The notes under the pieces: generated by a model
The model's input: only the letters and a program-made list of their open reading frames with translations
Database searches by the model: none
What the model was told of the DNA's origin: nothing
Source: an uncultured Clostridia bacterium
GTDB lineage: Bacteria > Bacillota > Clostridia > Christensenellales > UBA1242
Assembly (NCBI GenBank): GCA_944377465.1
Contig: CALWFA010000001.1
Location: 3,994 to 67,993 of the forward strand
Reading direction: 5' to 3'
Length of the DNA: 64,000 nt
In this document: piece by piece, positions 1 through 9,616 of the stretch
Numbering within the stretch: the first letter of the stretch is position 1
Layout: each line of letters begins with the position of its first letter
Translations under genes and position numbers: made by a program

Positions 1-958
1 CATATGGGTCAGTAGCGATCTTGAAGGCAAGCGCTGAGAAAGGCTCATTATCACTATTGCTTCGCTCCACTTCTGTACCATCTGGTAATGTACCCTTGAT
101 AGGTGGCACATCAATAGGGCTAGGCATATAGTCTACTACTGCGTCAAGTAATTCTTGAATACCCTTATTCCTAGCAGCTGTACCGCAAAGGACAGGGAAC
201 ATCTTTAATGTACAAGTAGCAGTCCTAATACCACGCTTGATCTCATCGATAGTAAGCTCTTCACCTGAGAAGAACTTGTCGAGCAAAGCGTCATCTGTCT
301 CAGCCACTGCTTCGATCAATTTCTGTCTATATTCCTGTGCCTGAGCGAGCATATCTGCTGGGATCTCTTCCTCTCGGACATCTTTACCGAGATCGTCATA
401 GAAAACATAAGCTTTCATCTTGACAAGATCTACGATACCCTTGAATGATGCTTCCTGACCGATAGGCAACTGAATAGGCACAGCATTTGCACCTAATACA
501 TCAGAAATACTCTTGACTGCTTTCAAGAAATTCGCATCATTGATATCCATCTTATTGATAAAGCAGATGCGGGGCACATTGAATTTAGATGCCTGTCTCC
601 AGACATTTTCGCTCTGTGCTTCTACACCGTTACGCGCACTGAATAGTGCTACCGCACCGTCCAATACTTTCAGCGAACGCTCTACTTCTACTGTAAAGTC
701 CACGTGTCCTGGAGTATCGATGATATTGATAGTGCAATCACGCCACTTACAAGTGGTACAAGCAGATGTAATAGTGATACCACGCTCTTGCTCCTGTGCC
801 ATCCAGTCCATAGTAGCCTGACCATCATGCACCTCACCCATCTTGTGATTGATACCAGTATAGAATAGGATACGCTCAGTAGTGGTGGTCTTACCTGTAT
901 CGATGTGCGCCATGATACCTATATTTCTAATTTTTTCTAATGGAACTTGTCTCGCCAT
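1..958 (-). CDS. fusA: Elongation factor G, N-terminal part (partial; continues past window start)
   Basis: My minus-strand translation from the ATG at 956..958 reads [35 protein letters not shown]...[16 protein letters not shown] (G1 and G3 GTPase motifs). SD aggggga lies upstream. It directly follows rpsG as in str operons. It is absent from the ORF track because it is truncated. Confidence 0.9.
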   Translation of the reverse strand, partial: MARQVPLEKIRNIGIMAHIDTGKTTTTERILFYTGINHKMGEVHDGQATMDWMAQEQERGITITSACTTCKWRDCTINIIDTPGHVDFTVEVERSLKVLDGAVALFSARNGVEAQSENVWRQASKFNVPRICFINKMDINDANFLKAVKSISDVLGANAVPIQLPIGQEASFKGIVDLVKMKAYVFYDDLGKDVREEEIPADMLAQAQEYRQKLIEAVAETDDALLDKFFSGEELTIDEIKRGIRTATCTLKMFPVLCGTAARNKGIQELLDAVVDYMPSPIDVPPIKGTLPDGTEVERSNSDNEPFSALAFKIATDPY

Positions 959-975
959 ATTATATTCCCCCTAAA

Positions 976-1446
976 TTACCAACGATAATGTGCAAATGCC
1001 TTATTTGCTTCTGCCTGTCTATGCATATCGTCTCTCTTCTTCACTGCTCCGCCAGTCTGATTATAAGCATCTACGATCTCGGCACTAAGCTTAGCTGCCA
1101 TACCGCGCTCGTTTCTCTTGCGTGCGCACAATACCAACCAACGAATAGCTAGAGTCTGCTGACGATCAGCACTTACTTCTAGAGGCACTTGATAGTTTGC
1201 TCCACCCACGCGTCTAGCTTTGGTCTCGAGCTTTGGCTTGATATTCTCAATAGCAGTAGTCAGCACTGAGAGTGCCTCTTCATTGAGCTTCTCACTTGCG
1301 GTCTTCATCGCACTATATACGATCGACTGTGCGATACCCTTCTTGCCATCTAACATCACTTGATTGATGATCTTTGCTACAAGGACAGAATTGTAGATAG
1401 CGTCAGGTAGGACTTCTCTTTTTATAGCCGCATTTCTTCTTGACAT
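976..1446 (-). CDS. rpsG: 30S ribosomal protein uS7
   Basis: 156-aa ORF. Typical uS7 sequence (PDAIYNS..., ...[20 protein letters not shown]). Lies between rpsL and fusA. Confidence 0.96.
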   Translation of the reverse strand: MSRRNAAIKREVLPDAIYNSVLVAKIINQVMLDGKKGIAQSIVYSAMKTASEKLNEEALSVLTTAIENIKPKLETKARRVGGANYQVPLEVSADRQQTLAIRWLVLCARKRNERGMAAKLSAEIVDAYNQTGGAVKKRDDMHRQAEANKAFAHYRW

Positions 1447-1620
1447 ATTTATCTCCTTAATTATATTATTTAATCTTATTTCAAATATTTCATGGATCTT
1501 TAATATAAATATACAAATTTATAATAAAGAAATTGAATAATGAGATAGACTATCTCGTCATATCTCAAAATTTACACACTATTAATCTCACTATAAGGCG
1601 ATTAAGCGTGTGGACTATAT

Positions 1621-1992
1621 TTATTTAGGACGCTTAGCGCCATACTTACTTCTGCCTTGTTTACGCTTCTGTACAGCTGCAGTATCCAATGCACCACGAA
1701 CGACATGATATCTAACACCTGGTAGATCTGGCACACGACCGCCACGCACTAGCACTACATTGTGCTCTTGCAGATTGTGACCTTCTCCAGGGATATAACA
1801 AGTCGTCTCTTTGTCATTAGATAGACGCACCCTACATATCTTACGCAAAGCTGAGTTAGGTTTCTTAGGAGTAGTAGTAGTGACAGTCAAACAAACCCCA
1901 CGCTTCTGTGGGCATTCGTCTAAAAGTATTGATTTGCTCTTTACTTCCTGCTTTACTCTTCCTTTTCTAACTAATTGATTCACTGTAGGCAT
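1621..1992 (-). CDS. rpsL: 30S ribosomal protein uS12
   Basis: Start trimmed to [12 protein letters not shown] (canonical uS12 N-terminus) with SD aaggagga upstream. The 18-aa upstream extension in the ORF track is unsupported. Confidence 0.95.
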   Translation of the reverse strand: MPTVNQLVRKGRVKQEVKSKSILLDECPQKRGVCLTVTTTTPKKPNSALRKICRVRLSNDKETTCYIPGEGHNLQEHNVVLVRGGRVPDLPGVRYHVVRGALDTAAVQKRKQGRSKYGAKRPK

Positions 1993-2071
1993 TATATCCT
2001 CCTTAATATTATTGCAACCACTTTTGGCATAAGCCAGTATAGACAATCAGCATTTGTACTATAACGAATTT

Positions 2072-2100
2072 ATTATATAAAATATTAGATAAATTGTCAA
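2072..2100 (-). promoter_or_regulatory. Sigma-A type promoter for rpsL (TTGACA-17-TATAAT)
   Basis: Minus strand reads ttgaca atttatctaatatttta tataat, about 80 nt upstream of rpsL. Confidence 0.6.
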
Positions 2101-2194
2101 TAGTTTTAATAATTTATATTTCAAATTTTTGTAGATTTTATGCAGTCGAAATAGAGAATTTTAAATAAACATTTATTTGTAAATTTTACGCATT

Positions 2195-2225
2195 AAAAAG
2201 AAAAACAATCTAGAGTATCTAGACT
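2195..2225 (-). terminator. Intrinsic terminator after the 184-aa gene
   Basis: Minus-strand hairpin agtctaga-tac-tctagatt followed by gtttttcttttt. Confidence 0.55.
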
Positions 2226-2266
2226 GTCTTTTAATATAATTTAATATTATTTGGTATATGACCCAC

Positions 2267-2821
2267 TTAGCTAAATGACACTACACCATCCTGAGTATCT
2301 ATATTCGAATGTAGCCAATCGTTGATATTCTCATATACAGAGAGTTGCAATTCTCTCTTCTTTTTATCATCGACCTCTTCTATATCAAATGGATACACGG
2401 CGCGTCTCATCTCTTCTTGAATCACTGCTTGCTTGAACCTTCTATCTGAATAGAAATCTTTATTTAGATTGAAATAATTTATCCTAGGATTCTTTAAATA
2501 TTGATATAATGCGGCACCCGACTCAGTCTTTACATCTGTGATTCTACCAATTATATCGCGATATTTATTCTCATCTCCTGGCTTCTTTATCACTACTGAA
2601 AAGCCATCAATGCATCTAGAGATCTTATGATATGTCTCGCCTAGAGTACCATCAAAATTGACTATATGCCATGGACCGTCCATGAATGACTGAACTACAA
2701 TGAAATCATCAAAAATTTGAATATTATAAAAAACTTCTCCGTTTAAGCGTCCATTAGGAAATTTTAATTCGTATTTACCATAATCGCCTACTACTTTATA
2801 TTGATTAAACATATATACCAC
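2267..2821 (-). CDS. Hypothetical protein, WG-repeat-like
   Basis: 184-aa ORF with SD aaaaggtgg and its own promoter. DGPWHIVNFDGTLGETYHKISRCIDGFSVV resembles WG/KWG beta-repeat units. Function unknown. Confidence 0.7.
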   Translation of the reverse strand: MVYMFNQYKVVGDYGKYELKFPNGRLNGEVFYNIQIFDDFIVVQSFMDGPWHIVNFDGTLGETYHKISRCIDGFSVVIKKPGDENKYRDIIGRITDVKTESGAALYQYLKNPRINYFNLNKDFYSDRRFKQAVIQEEMRRAVYPFDIEEVDDKKKRELQLSVYENINDWLHSNIDTQDGVVSFS

Positions 2822-2837
2822 CTTTTAATGTAGATAG

Positions 2838-2866
2838 AATATATCACAAAGTCTCTACCCTGTCAA
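2838..2866 (-). promoter_or_regulatory. Promoter of the 184-aa gene (TTGACA-17-TATATT with TG extension)
   Basis: Minus strand reads ttgaca gggtagagactttgtga tatatt. Confidence 0.55.
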
Positions 2867-2906
2867 TACTTAATGAAAAAATAAAGTAAAATAAGTAAAA
2901 AATCTA

Positions 2907-2935
2907 TTGAATTATGTCGAAAGGTTTGATATAAT
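2907..2935 (+). promoter_or_regulatory. Promoter of the DUF2188-like gene (TTGAAT-17-TATAAT with TG extension)
   Basis: ttgaat tatgtcgaaaggtttga tataat, 22 nt before the ATG at 2958. Confidence 0.55.
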
Positions 2936-2957
2936 AAAATATATAAGGAGAGTGTGT

Positions 2958-3164
2958 ATGGAAGAGAAAGAAAAGAAGGGTGTCTATCGACTGATCTACA
3001 GCAAAGAAAATCGCGTCTGGCAGATCAAAAAGGATGGTGCAAAGCGCACTATTGCCTCGTACCCAGTGAAAGACGACGCACTCAAGCGTATCAAAGAGCT
3101 GAGTGAGACAAATGAGATGAGCTATATCGTACATAAAAAAGATGGTAAATTTCAGAAGAAATAA
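2958..3164 (+). CDS. DUF2188-like small protein
   Basis: Start moved to MEEKEKKGVYRL, which follows SD taaggaga. RVWQIKKDGAKRTIASYPVKDDALKRIKEL...VHKKDGKFQ matches the DUF2188 pattern (W.vk.eGakRa...t..eA...a..la......ivH..dG.iq). Confidence 0.7.
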   Translation: MEEKEKKGVYRLIYSKENRVWQIKKDGAKRTIASYPVKDDALKRIKELSETNEMSYIVHKKDGKFQKK

Positions 3165-3302
3165 TATTTTAGTCTTTGACTAATTTGTCCATGTTTTTTA
3201 TGCAAATTTATCCCATTTTACGCAAAGCAAATTTTCAATAACTCTACCTACAATCTCATCTATAGTAATTTAATATACCCAATAAAATCAAACCACTCTA
3301 GC

Positions 3303-3326
3303 AAAAAATCCACCGATATGGTGGAT
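3303..3326 (-). terminator. Intrinsic terminator ending the alpha operon (after rplQ)
   Basis: 7-bp stem atccacc/ggtggat. A U-run follows on the minus strand (plus-strand A6 at 3303..3308). Confidence 0.7.
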
Positions 3327-3330
3327 CTTT

Positions 3331-3840
3331 TTATATCAATTCGATGATAGCCATTTCAGCATTGTCGCCCTTTCTAAGTCCTGTGCGAACAATCCTAGTA
3401 TAGCCACCCTTCTGACCTAATTCTTTAGCACGCTCTGCATACTTAGGTGCATAGACATTGAATATCTTTTCCAAAAGTGGATTTTTGATATTGTCGATAC
3501 GAAGTAGGTAGTCAGCCTTCTTCTCGCCTGGCTTACGCTCTTCTTTTACTGAATAAGTCTTAGCGATAATCTTTCTCCTAGCTGCCAGTTTCTTTGGTCC
3601 GTCATTCATCACTTCGACTGTAGTCTTAGTACCCTTTTTGTCTACTTTTTCCTTCTGAACAGTGATCACATCTTCGTAGCTATTGATAGCGAGAGTCAAT
3701 AACTTCTCCACATAGCTCTTCAATGATTTTGCTCGTGCAAGAGTGGTCTCAATCTTACCTTTCCAAAGAAGGTCTGTAGCCTGATTGCGCATAATGGCTA
3801 AGCGCTCTTCGGTAGGTCGTCCTAATTTCATTACTTTCAT
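3331..3840 (-). CDS. rplQ: 50S ribosomal protein bL17 (long form, 169 aa)
   Basis: N-terminus KLGRPTEERLAIMRNQATDL and C-terminus GGYTRIVRTGLRKGDNAEMAIIELI are canonical bL17. The middle carries extra residues. Confidence 0.93.
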   Translation of the reverse strand: MKVMKLGRPTEERLAIMRNQATDLLWKGKIETTLARAKSLKSYVEKLLTLAINSYEDVITVQKEKVDKKGTKTTVEVMNDGPKKLAARRKIIAKTYSVKEERKPGEKKADYLLRIDNIKNPLLEKIFNVYAPKYAERAKELGQKGGYTRIVRTGLRKGDNAEMAIIELI

Positions 3841-3850
3841 CTGTCACTCC

Positions 3851-4807
3851 TTAATAATTTTCATTACCTTCGAGGACTATGCCGTATGATTCAAGCTTGT
3901 TGATGACTTCTTCCATAGATTTAGCACCCATATTGCGCACTTTCATCATCTCTGCGCGAGTCTTCTTTGCAAGGTCACCTACAGTATTGATACCTGCTCT
4001 CTTCAAGCAGTTGTAACTACGAACGCTAAGCTCCATTTCCTCAATAGGTTTTTCAAACAATTTTGTTCTTTCGTCTTCTTTTCTAGCCACGAGAATGTTC
4101 ATTCCGTCCATACCCTCGACTAAGTCTACAAACATTGTAGCATAGTCATTGATGAGTTTTGCTGACAGAGCGACCACTTCTTTAGCTGACACTGTACCAC
4201 GCGTCTGCACATCGAGCACCAATTTGTCATAGTCTAGGCTACGACCAACACGGCTAGATTGCACTTCGAAATTGACACGCTTTACAGGCGTGAAGAGCGA
4301 ATCAATAGCGATGAAATCGACTTCATCTGAGAAAGATTTATTCTGACTAGCAGGCACATATCCGCGACCGCGACCGACATATAGCGTCATGTCTAGATCT
4401 GCATCATCGTCTGTCGTGCAGATGTATAAGTCTGGATTCATGATGCTGACGCCGTTCTCGCACTCGATATCCTTAGCATAGACTTCACCAGCCCCTATTT
4501 TCTTCAATCTAAGCGTAGCTCTAAAGTCTGCCTCAGTATTTTCAGTCTTGACTGCTAGTGATTTTAGATTCAAGACAATATCTGGCACATCTTCAGTGAC
4601 ACCTTTTATTGTTGAAAACTCGTGCAAAACATTTTTGATCTTTACACCTACTACGGCAGCACCAGGCAATGAGCTAAGTAGAGTCCTACGAAGCATATTA
4701 CCAATAGTGATACCAAAGCCCTTTTCTAATGGCTCAACAGTGATCACAGCGTGTGCGCCATTGTCCAATTCTTCCAAAGCAATTTTGGGTTTCTCGATTT
4801 CCATCAT
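3851..4807 (-). CDS. rpoA: DNA-directed RNA polymerase subunit alpha
   Basis: 318 aa. Contains GNMLRRTLLSSLPGAA and a C-terminal domain ELSVRSYNCLKRAGI. Confidence 0.96.
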   Translation of the reverse strand: MMEIEKPKIALEELDNGAHAVITVEPLEKGFGITIGNMLRRTLLSSLPGAAVVGVKIKNVLHEFSTIKGVTEDVPDIVLNLKSLAVKTENTEADFRATLRLKKIGAGEVYAKDIECENGVSIMNPDLYICTTDDDADLDMTLYVGRGRGYVPASQNKSFSDEVDFIAIDSLFTPVKRVNFEVQSSRVGRSLDYDKLVLDVQTRGTVSAKEVVALSAKLINDYATMFVDLVEGMDGMNILVARKEDERTKLFEKPIEEMELSVRSYNCLKRAGINTVGDLAKKTRAEMMKVRNMGAKSMEEVINKLESYGIVLEGNENY

Positions 4808-4821
4808 AATCTTATCTCCTA

Positions 4822-5439
4822 TTATCTTGAATAAAATTCTACAATCAAGTGTTCTTGAATGCCTAAATCAATATCATCTCTCTCTGGCTCTGCTAGTACT
4901 TTTCCAGTCAGAGTTTCAGGATTGAACTCTAGCCACTTAGGGGTGTTCACCTTCATAGTCTTTAGGCTAGCAAACATCTCAAGTGACTGTTTGTTTTCTT
5001 TTACCTGGATCACATCGCCCACTTTCACCTGATAAGAAGGGATATTGACCTTTTTACCATTGACAGTGATATGTCCGTGATTTACTATCTGACGGCATTC
5101 AGCTCTAGATGAGCCTATTCCCATACGATATACGACATTGTCGAGTCTCTTTTCAAGCATCTTTAGCAATGCCCAACCTGTACCTTCCTTGCTACGAGTA
5201 GCTTTTTCGTAGTACAGTCTAAATTGCTTTTCTAATAATCCATAAGTCTTACGCACTTTCTGCTTTTCGCGTAACTGCATTCCGTACTCAGAGAATTTCT
5301 TTCTACCTGTACCATGCTGTCCAGGAATCACTGGACGCTTGTCGAATGCGCACTTTGTAAGACATCTCTCACCTTTAAGGAAAAGCTTAGTGCCTTCTCT
5401 ACGGCATATCTTGCAATCTGCATTAGTATATTTAGCCAT
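4822..5439 (-). CDS. rpsD: 30S ribosomal protein uS4
   Basis: 205 aa with typical uS4 sequence (MAKYT...CKICRREG, YGMQLREKQK). Confidence 0.95.
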   Translation of the reverse strand: MAKYTNADCKICRREGTKLFLKGERCLTKCAFDKRPVIPGQHGTGRKKFSEYGMQLREKQKVRKTYGLLEKQFRLYYEKATRSKEGTGWALLKMLEKRLDNVVYRMGIGSSRAECRQIVNHGHITVNGKKVNIPSYQVKVGDVIQVKENKQSLEMFASLKTMKVNTPKWLEFNPETLTGKVLAEPERDDIDLGIQEHLIVEFYSR

Positions 5440-5447
5440 ATTACCTC

Positions 5448-5846
5448 CTATAACCTTCTAGCCTTAGGTGGTCTGCAACCATTGTGTGGGATAGGAGATA
5501 CATCTTTAAACATTGTAACGCCTATGCCATCATATGTCGTTGCTGCTCGGACTGCTGCCTCGCGTCCGCCACCAGCGCCTGCGCCTTTAATATATATAGC
5601 GATCTTTTTGATTCCAAAGCCAGCTGCATTCTTGAGCACATCTTCTACCACTTGCTGAGCAACATATGGAGTACTCTTCTTTGCACCACGATAGCCGAGT
5701 TTGCCCGCACTGCTCTGAGCGAGTGTGTTACCAAAACTATCTGTTAAAGAGACTAAAGTATTATTGGCAGACACTTTAATATGCACAGCACCTTCGCCAT
5801 TACTTACTGAACTTTTCTTTTTCTTAGTTTCTTTTTTAATAGCCAT
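5448..5846 (-). CDS. rpsK: 30S ribosomal protein uS11
   Basis: 132 aa. ...DVSPIPHNGCRPPKARRL is a canonical C-terminus. Confidence 0.95.
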   Translation of the reverse strand: MAIKKETKKKKSSVSNGEGAVHIKVSANNTLVSLTDSFGNTLAQSSAGKLGYRGAKKSTPYVAQQVVEDVLKNAAGFGIKKIAIYIKGAGAGGGREAAVRAATTYDGIGVTMFKDVSPIPHNGCRPPKARRL

Positions 5847-5856
5847 TATTCACTCC

Positions 5857-6225
5857 TTACTTCTTCTTATTTGCTACCGTCTTCTTTGGACCTTTGCAAG
5901 TGCGTGCATTACGCTTGCTAGATTGTCCACGGACAGGCAAGTTTGCTACATGTCTGAGTCCACGATAACATCTAATTTCTTTTAAACGCTTGATGTCGAG
6001 AGCGACATTTTTGCGTCTTTCACCTTCCACGACAAAATTGGCATCTATATATTTACGAATAGATGCAATCTCATTCTCAGTCAGGTCTTTTACTCTGGTG
6101 TCTGGATTGATGCCAGTAGCAGCCAATATCTTGTCCGCACTAGCGCGTCCTATACCATAAATATAGGTTAGTCCTATTTCTACCCTTTTTTCATTAGGTA
6201 AATCCACGCCCGATATACGTGCCAT
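5857..6225 (-). CDS. rpsM: 30S ribosomal protein uS13
   Basis: 122 aa. [10 protein letters not shown]... is a canonical N-terminus. Confidence 0.95.
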   Translation of the reverse strand: MARISGVDLPNEKRVEIGLTYIYGIGRASADKILAATGINPDTRVKDLTENEIASIRKYIDANFVVEGERRKNVALDIKRLKEIRCYRGLRHVANLPVRGQSSKRNARTCKGPKKTVANKKK

Positions 6226-6309
6226 ATAATTTATCCTCCAAATCTAATATTTATGTCCTCACATGGTCAAATTTTGCCGCGGTTGACCGTGTGTTTATTT
6301 TCAAAACAA

Positions 6310-6426
6310 TTAACCTTGACGCTGTTTGTGCTTAGGTGACTTCGAACAAATAACCATAACCTTTCCGTTACGCTTGATCACTTTGCACTTTTCGCACATT
6401 GGTTTAACTGATGGTCTTACTTTCAT
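6310..6426 (-). CDS. rpmJ: 50S ribosomal protein bL36 (Zn form)
   Basis: Below the ORF-track size cutoff. My translation is [38 protein letters not shown] (38 aa). SD ggagtaa lies upstream. It sits between infA and rpsM. Confidence 0.93.
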   Translation of the reverse strand: MKVRPSVKPMCEKCKVIKRNGKVMVICSKSPKHKQRQG

Positions 6427-6437
6427 AATTACTCCTT

Positions 6438-6659
6438 CTAGTTTTTATCTCTCCACACGATTCTACCTTTCGTGAGATCGTATGGACTCATTTCGACTTT
6501 CACCTTGTCTCCCTCTAAAATGCGTATCTTGTTGGTACGCAACTTACCTGAGATATAGGCAGTGATGATATGGTTATTCATAATCTGGACTTTGAAGTTG
6601 CCACTTTTCAGCACCTCAACCACAACGCCCTCAGCATCGATAAGATCTTCTTTCGACAT
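6438..6659 (-). CDS. infA: Translation initiation factor IF-1
   Basis: 73 aa with an S1-like fold sequence ([33 protein letters not shown]). Confidence 0.95.
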   Translation of the reverse strand: MSKEDLIDAEGVVVEVLKSGNFKVQIMNNHIITAYISGKLRTNKIRILEGDKVKVEMSPYDLTKGRIVWRDKN

Positions 6660-6660
6660 A

Positions 6661-6933
6661 TTACTCCTTTACATTTTTATATACTTTGATCATCTTGTGG
6701 ATTTCGGTATCCGTACTCGTAGGCTGACTGATGCGCTCAACTATGCTATCATCATGACCTACTAACAATAGATGTTTAGGATTCTTTAGCTTTGGATAAT
6801 CTCGCTTTCGATACTTACCATCTATTATACCAATAAATCCATTTTTGTCAATAGTTGTCACTATAAATAAACGGTTTTTGTCGTGTCCAGATAGAGATTT
6901 TACTATATCTCCCACTCTAAATTCGTTCTCCAT
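6661..6933 (-). CDS. KOW-domain small RNA-binding protein
   Basis: 90 aa. The FRVGDIVKSLSGHDKNRLFIV KOW-like motif is present. The position between map and infA is typical of Clostridia. Confidence 0.65.
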   Translation of the reverse strand: MENEFRVGDIVKSLSGHDKNRLFIVTTIDKNGFIGIIDGKYRKRDYPKLKNPKHLLLVGHDDSIVERISQPTSTDTEIHKMIKVYKNVKE

Positions 6934-6940
6934 AACTCTC

Positions 6941-7687
6941 CTACATGGTCAAGATTTCCACACCATCTTTTGTGATAAGAATGGTGTTCTCATAATGAGC
7001 ACTAGGCGACCCGTCCTGTGTCGTCACCGTCCAATCATTGTCTTCCAAATAAACTTCACGACTACCTAGAGTAGACATAGGCTCGATAGCTAGCGTCATA
7101 CCTGCCTCAAGAGTGATGCCTGAATTGTATTTACCGAAATTGAGAATACATGGATCCTCATGTAGATGCGTACCTATGCCATGTCCTGCTAACTCACGCA
7201 CCACACCATAACCATGACTCTCGAGACACAGTTGAATCTTGTGACTGATATGCCCTAGTCTAGAGCCTGCTTTTATGCCTTTGATGCCCTCGAAGAATGA
7301 TTGTTTAGTCACTTCGATCAGGCGAGATTTTTCAAGCGAGATGTTGCCCACAGCAAAAGTGCGCGCCGCATCTGAATGATAGCCTTCCCATATGACTCCA
7401 CAGTCGATGCTGATAATATCTCCTTCCTTCAGCGGAACGGACGAGCAGAACCCATGCACCACTTGTGCATTCACACTGGCACAAATCGTGTATGGGAATC
7501 CCTCATAGTTCAAAAAGGAAGGTTTAGCACCTTGGGAAATGATATAATTATAGGCCAAATCGTTAAGGTGCAAACTGGTCTGGCCAGGATAAATTGATGC
7601 TTCGATGAGGTCGAGAGTCTCTTTCAAGATCTTGCCCGCACGGCGCATCTTTTCGATTTCTTGCTCGTTTTTGATAGTTACATTCAT
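6941..7687 (-). CDS. map: Type I methionine aminopeptidase
   Basis: 248 aa. Metal ligand context is present (DCGV..GYHSD, HGIG...HE). Confidence 0.93.
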   Translation of the reverse strand: MNVTIKNEQEIEKMRRAGKILKETLDLIEASIYPGQTSLHLNDLAYNYIISQGAKPSFLNYEGFPYTICASVNAQVVHGFCSSVPLKEGDIISIDCGVIWEGYHSDAARTFAVGNISLEKSRLIEVTKQSFFEGIKGIKAGSRLGHISHKIQLCLESHGYGVVRELAGHGIGTHLHEDPCILNFGKYNSGITLEAGMTLAIEPMSTLGSREVYLEDNDWTVTTQDGSPSAHYENTILITKDGVEILTM

Positions 7688-8298
7688 TTGATTACCTTCA
7701 TTACATCTGCAAGTACTTCGTCAGGCGTCTTGCTCGCATCTATCTCGTACAAGACACCGCGCGACTTGTATCTCTCTATCAATGGATAGGTCTCAGAGTA
7801 ATATTGTTCGAATCGCTTATTTACAGTCTCTACAGTGTCATCAGAGCGCACCACTAACTTTGCCCCGCACTTAGGGCAGATCATATCTGGGCTAGTCTTT
7901 CTATCCGAGATGTGTCCACATTTTGTGCAGTTTAGACGATTCAGGATACGATCGATAGCTATCTCTTTCTTTAGATTGAGATAGATCACTTTATCCACCT
8001 TGCAGATCTCGTCTAGTGCGTCTGCCTGCTCGTCACTCCTAGGGAAGCCATCAAATATCACGATATCTGACGCACATGTCTTGAGTTTGTTTTTCACAGC
8101 ACTCATGACATATGGCAATTCTACTAGCTCACCATTTTCCATCTTCTCTTTGATCTGACGGCCAAGAGGAGAGCCAGATGCGACTTCTTCTCGAAGAAGA
8201 CTGCCTACTGACACTAGGGCAAAGTCCATGTGTTTTTTTAGATTATTCACGACAGTGCCCTTGCCAGAACCCTGTATTCCTAATAGAACAATATTCAT
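7684..8298 (-). CDS. adk: Adenylate kinase (4-Cys lid)
   Basis: 204 aa. P-loop GIQGSGKGT and lid CTKCG...CPKCG are present. It overlaps map by 4 nt. Confidence 0.93.
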   Translation of the reverse strand: MNIVLLGIQGSGKGTVVNNLKKHMDFALVSVGSLLREEVASGSPLGRQIKEKMENGELVELPYVMSAVKNKLKTCASDIVIFDGFPRSDEQADALDEICKVDKVIYLNLKKEIAIDRILNRLNCTKCGHISDRKTSPDMICPKCGAKLVVRSDDTVETVNKRFEQYYSETYPLIERYKSRGVLYEIDASKTPDEVLADVMKVIK

Positions 8299-8305
8299 AT
8301 TACCC

Positions 8306-9616
8306 CTATTTCAAAAATCCACGATAATTTTTCATCATCATCTGTGCTTCTAGCTGTTTATTAAACTCAAGAGCTACCGAGACGATGATCAGCATTCCTG
8401 TAGCACTGAAGGCTGAGTTCAATCCGCCCGTGCCGATGGCTGTGAATACCAATGTAGGTATTAGAGCCATAAAGGCTAGGAAGATCGCACCAAAGAGGGT
8501 GATCCTCTTATTTATACTACTCAAATACTGTGCGGTAGGTTTACCTGGACGAATGCCTGGGATAAATCCACCATTCTGCTGAATCTGACGACTGATCTCC
8601 TCAGTGTCGAAATTAATCATTGTATAGAAATATGCAAATGCCAATATCAAGAGTGACAAAAGTATCGCATATATCCATGTGCCAGCGCCGATCCACTCGT
8701 TCCACCACTGAGCAAATCCACTACTAGAATCTGAGTCGAATATGCTGAGTAATAGCTGAGGGAAAGTGAGCAATGCGCTCGCGAAGATGATAGGCATCAC
8801 GCCATTCGCATTTACTCGCACTGGAATGTAAGTGGACTGTCCGCCATACATGCGTCTGCCTTTCATTTGCTTTGCATACTGGATACCCACCTTTCTCTCA
8901 CCGCCGTCTACGAAGACTACGAGAGCAAAGATCGCTATCAATGCTACCACAAATAATACTAACTGCCAAGCAGCTGTCTGCGTGGTCTCTCCACCTACGA
9001 AAAGGTTTTGGAAATTGGTCAAAATCGCACTAGCCGCACTAGACAAGATACCTACGAAGATAAGTAGCGACATACCATTGCCGATACCGATCTCTGTGAT
9101 CTTCTCACCTAACCATACTGTAAACATTGCACCCGCTACTAGCATCAACACGATGAATGAATAGCACAATGCTTCATTATTCCAGAAAGTCTCTAAATGT
9201 ACGCTACCTGCCGTGCCGAAGCCTACGGTAATACCGATAGCTTGAGCAAGGGCAATGATGAGAGCTGCGATTTTGGTATACTGACTGATTTTCTTTCTAC
9301 CATCGGCTCCGCCTTCCTTGCTGAGTCTCTGCCAGCTAGGAATGACTGCTGCGAGCAACTGAATGATGATAGAGGATGTAATGTACGGTGATACTCCTAG
9401 CGCTAGGAACGAACCTTGCGACAAGGCACCACCACTCACACTACTGAGCAAACTAAGGAAAGTATTTCCTTCGACACTCACTCCGAGTGCCTCGCTATCG
9501 ATTCCCGGAATAGGAACCCAACAGCCAAGGCGGTAAATAAAGAGCAAGAGCAGTGTTAATAACAACTTGTTTCTCACTTCTTTTATTTTAAACGCGTCAG
9601 CTAATGTCTTGAACAT
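8306..9616 (-). CDS. secY: Preprotein translocase subunit SecY
   Basis: 436-aa multi-TM protein with a typical SecY sequence, in the spc-operon position. Confidence 0.95.
   Translation of the reverse strand: MFKTLADAFKIKEVRNKLLLTLLLLFIYRLGCWVPIPGIDSEALGVSVEGNTFLSLLSSVSGGALSQGSFLALGVSPYITSSIIIQLLAAVIPSWQRLSKEGGADGRKKISQYTKIAALIIALAQAIGITVGFGTAGSVHLETFWNNEALCYSFIVLMLVAGAMFTVWLGEKITEIGIGNGMSLLIFVGILSSAASAILTNFQNLFVGGETTQTAAWQLVLFVVALIAIFALVVFVDGGERKVGIQYAKQMKGRRMYGGQSTYIPVRVNANGVMPIIFASALLTFPQLLLSIFDSDSSSGFAQWWNEWIGAGTWIYAILLSLLILAFAYFYTMINFDTEEISRQIQQNGGFIPGIRPGKPTAQYLSSINKRITLFGAIFLAFMALIPTLVFTAIGTGGLNSAFSATGMLIIVSVALEFNKQLEAQMMMKNYRGFLK

Noticed and set aside
1993-2046. N-terminal extension of rpsL, and likewise 20004..20045 for the 173-aa orphan and 62539..62643 for spoIIID
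   Set aside because: The downstream ATGs have SDs and give canonical N-termini. The 20004 start lies inside the predicted promoter. The spoIIID extension runs over the ttcA-like stop region.
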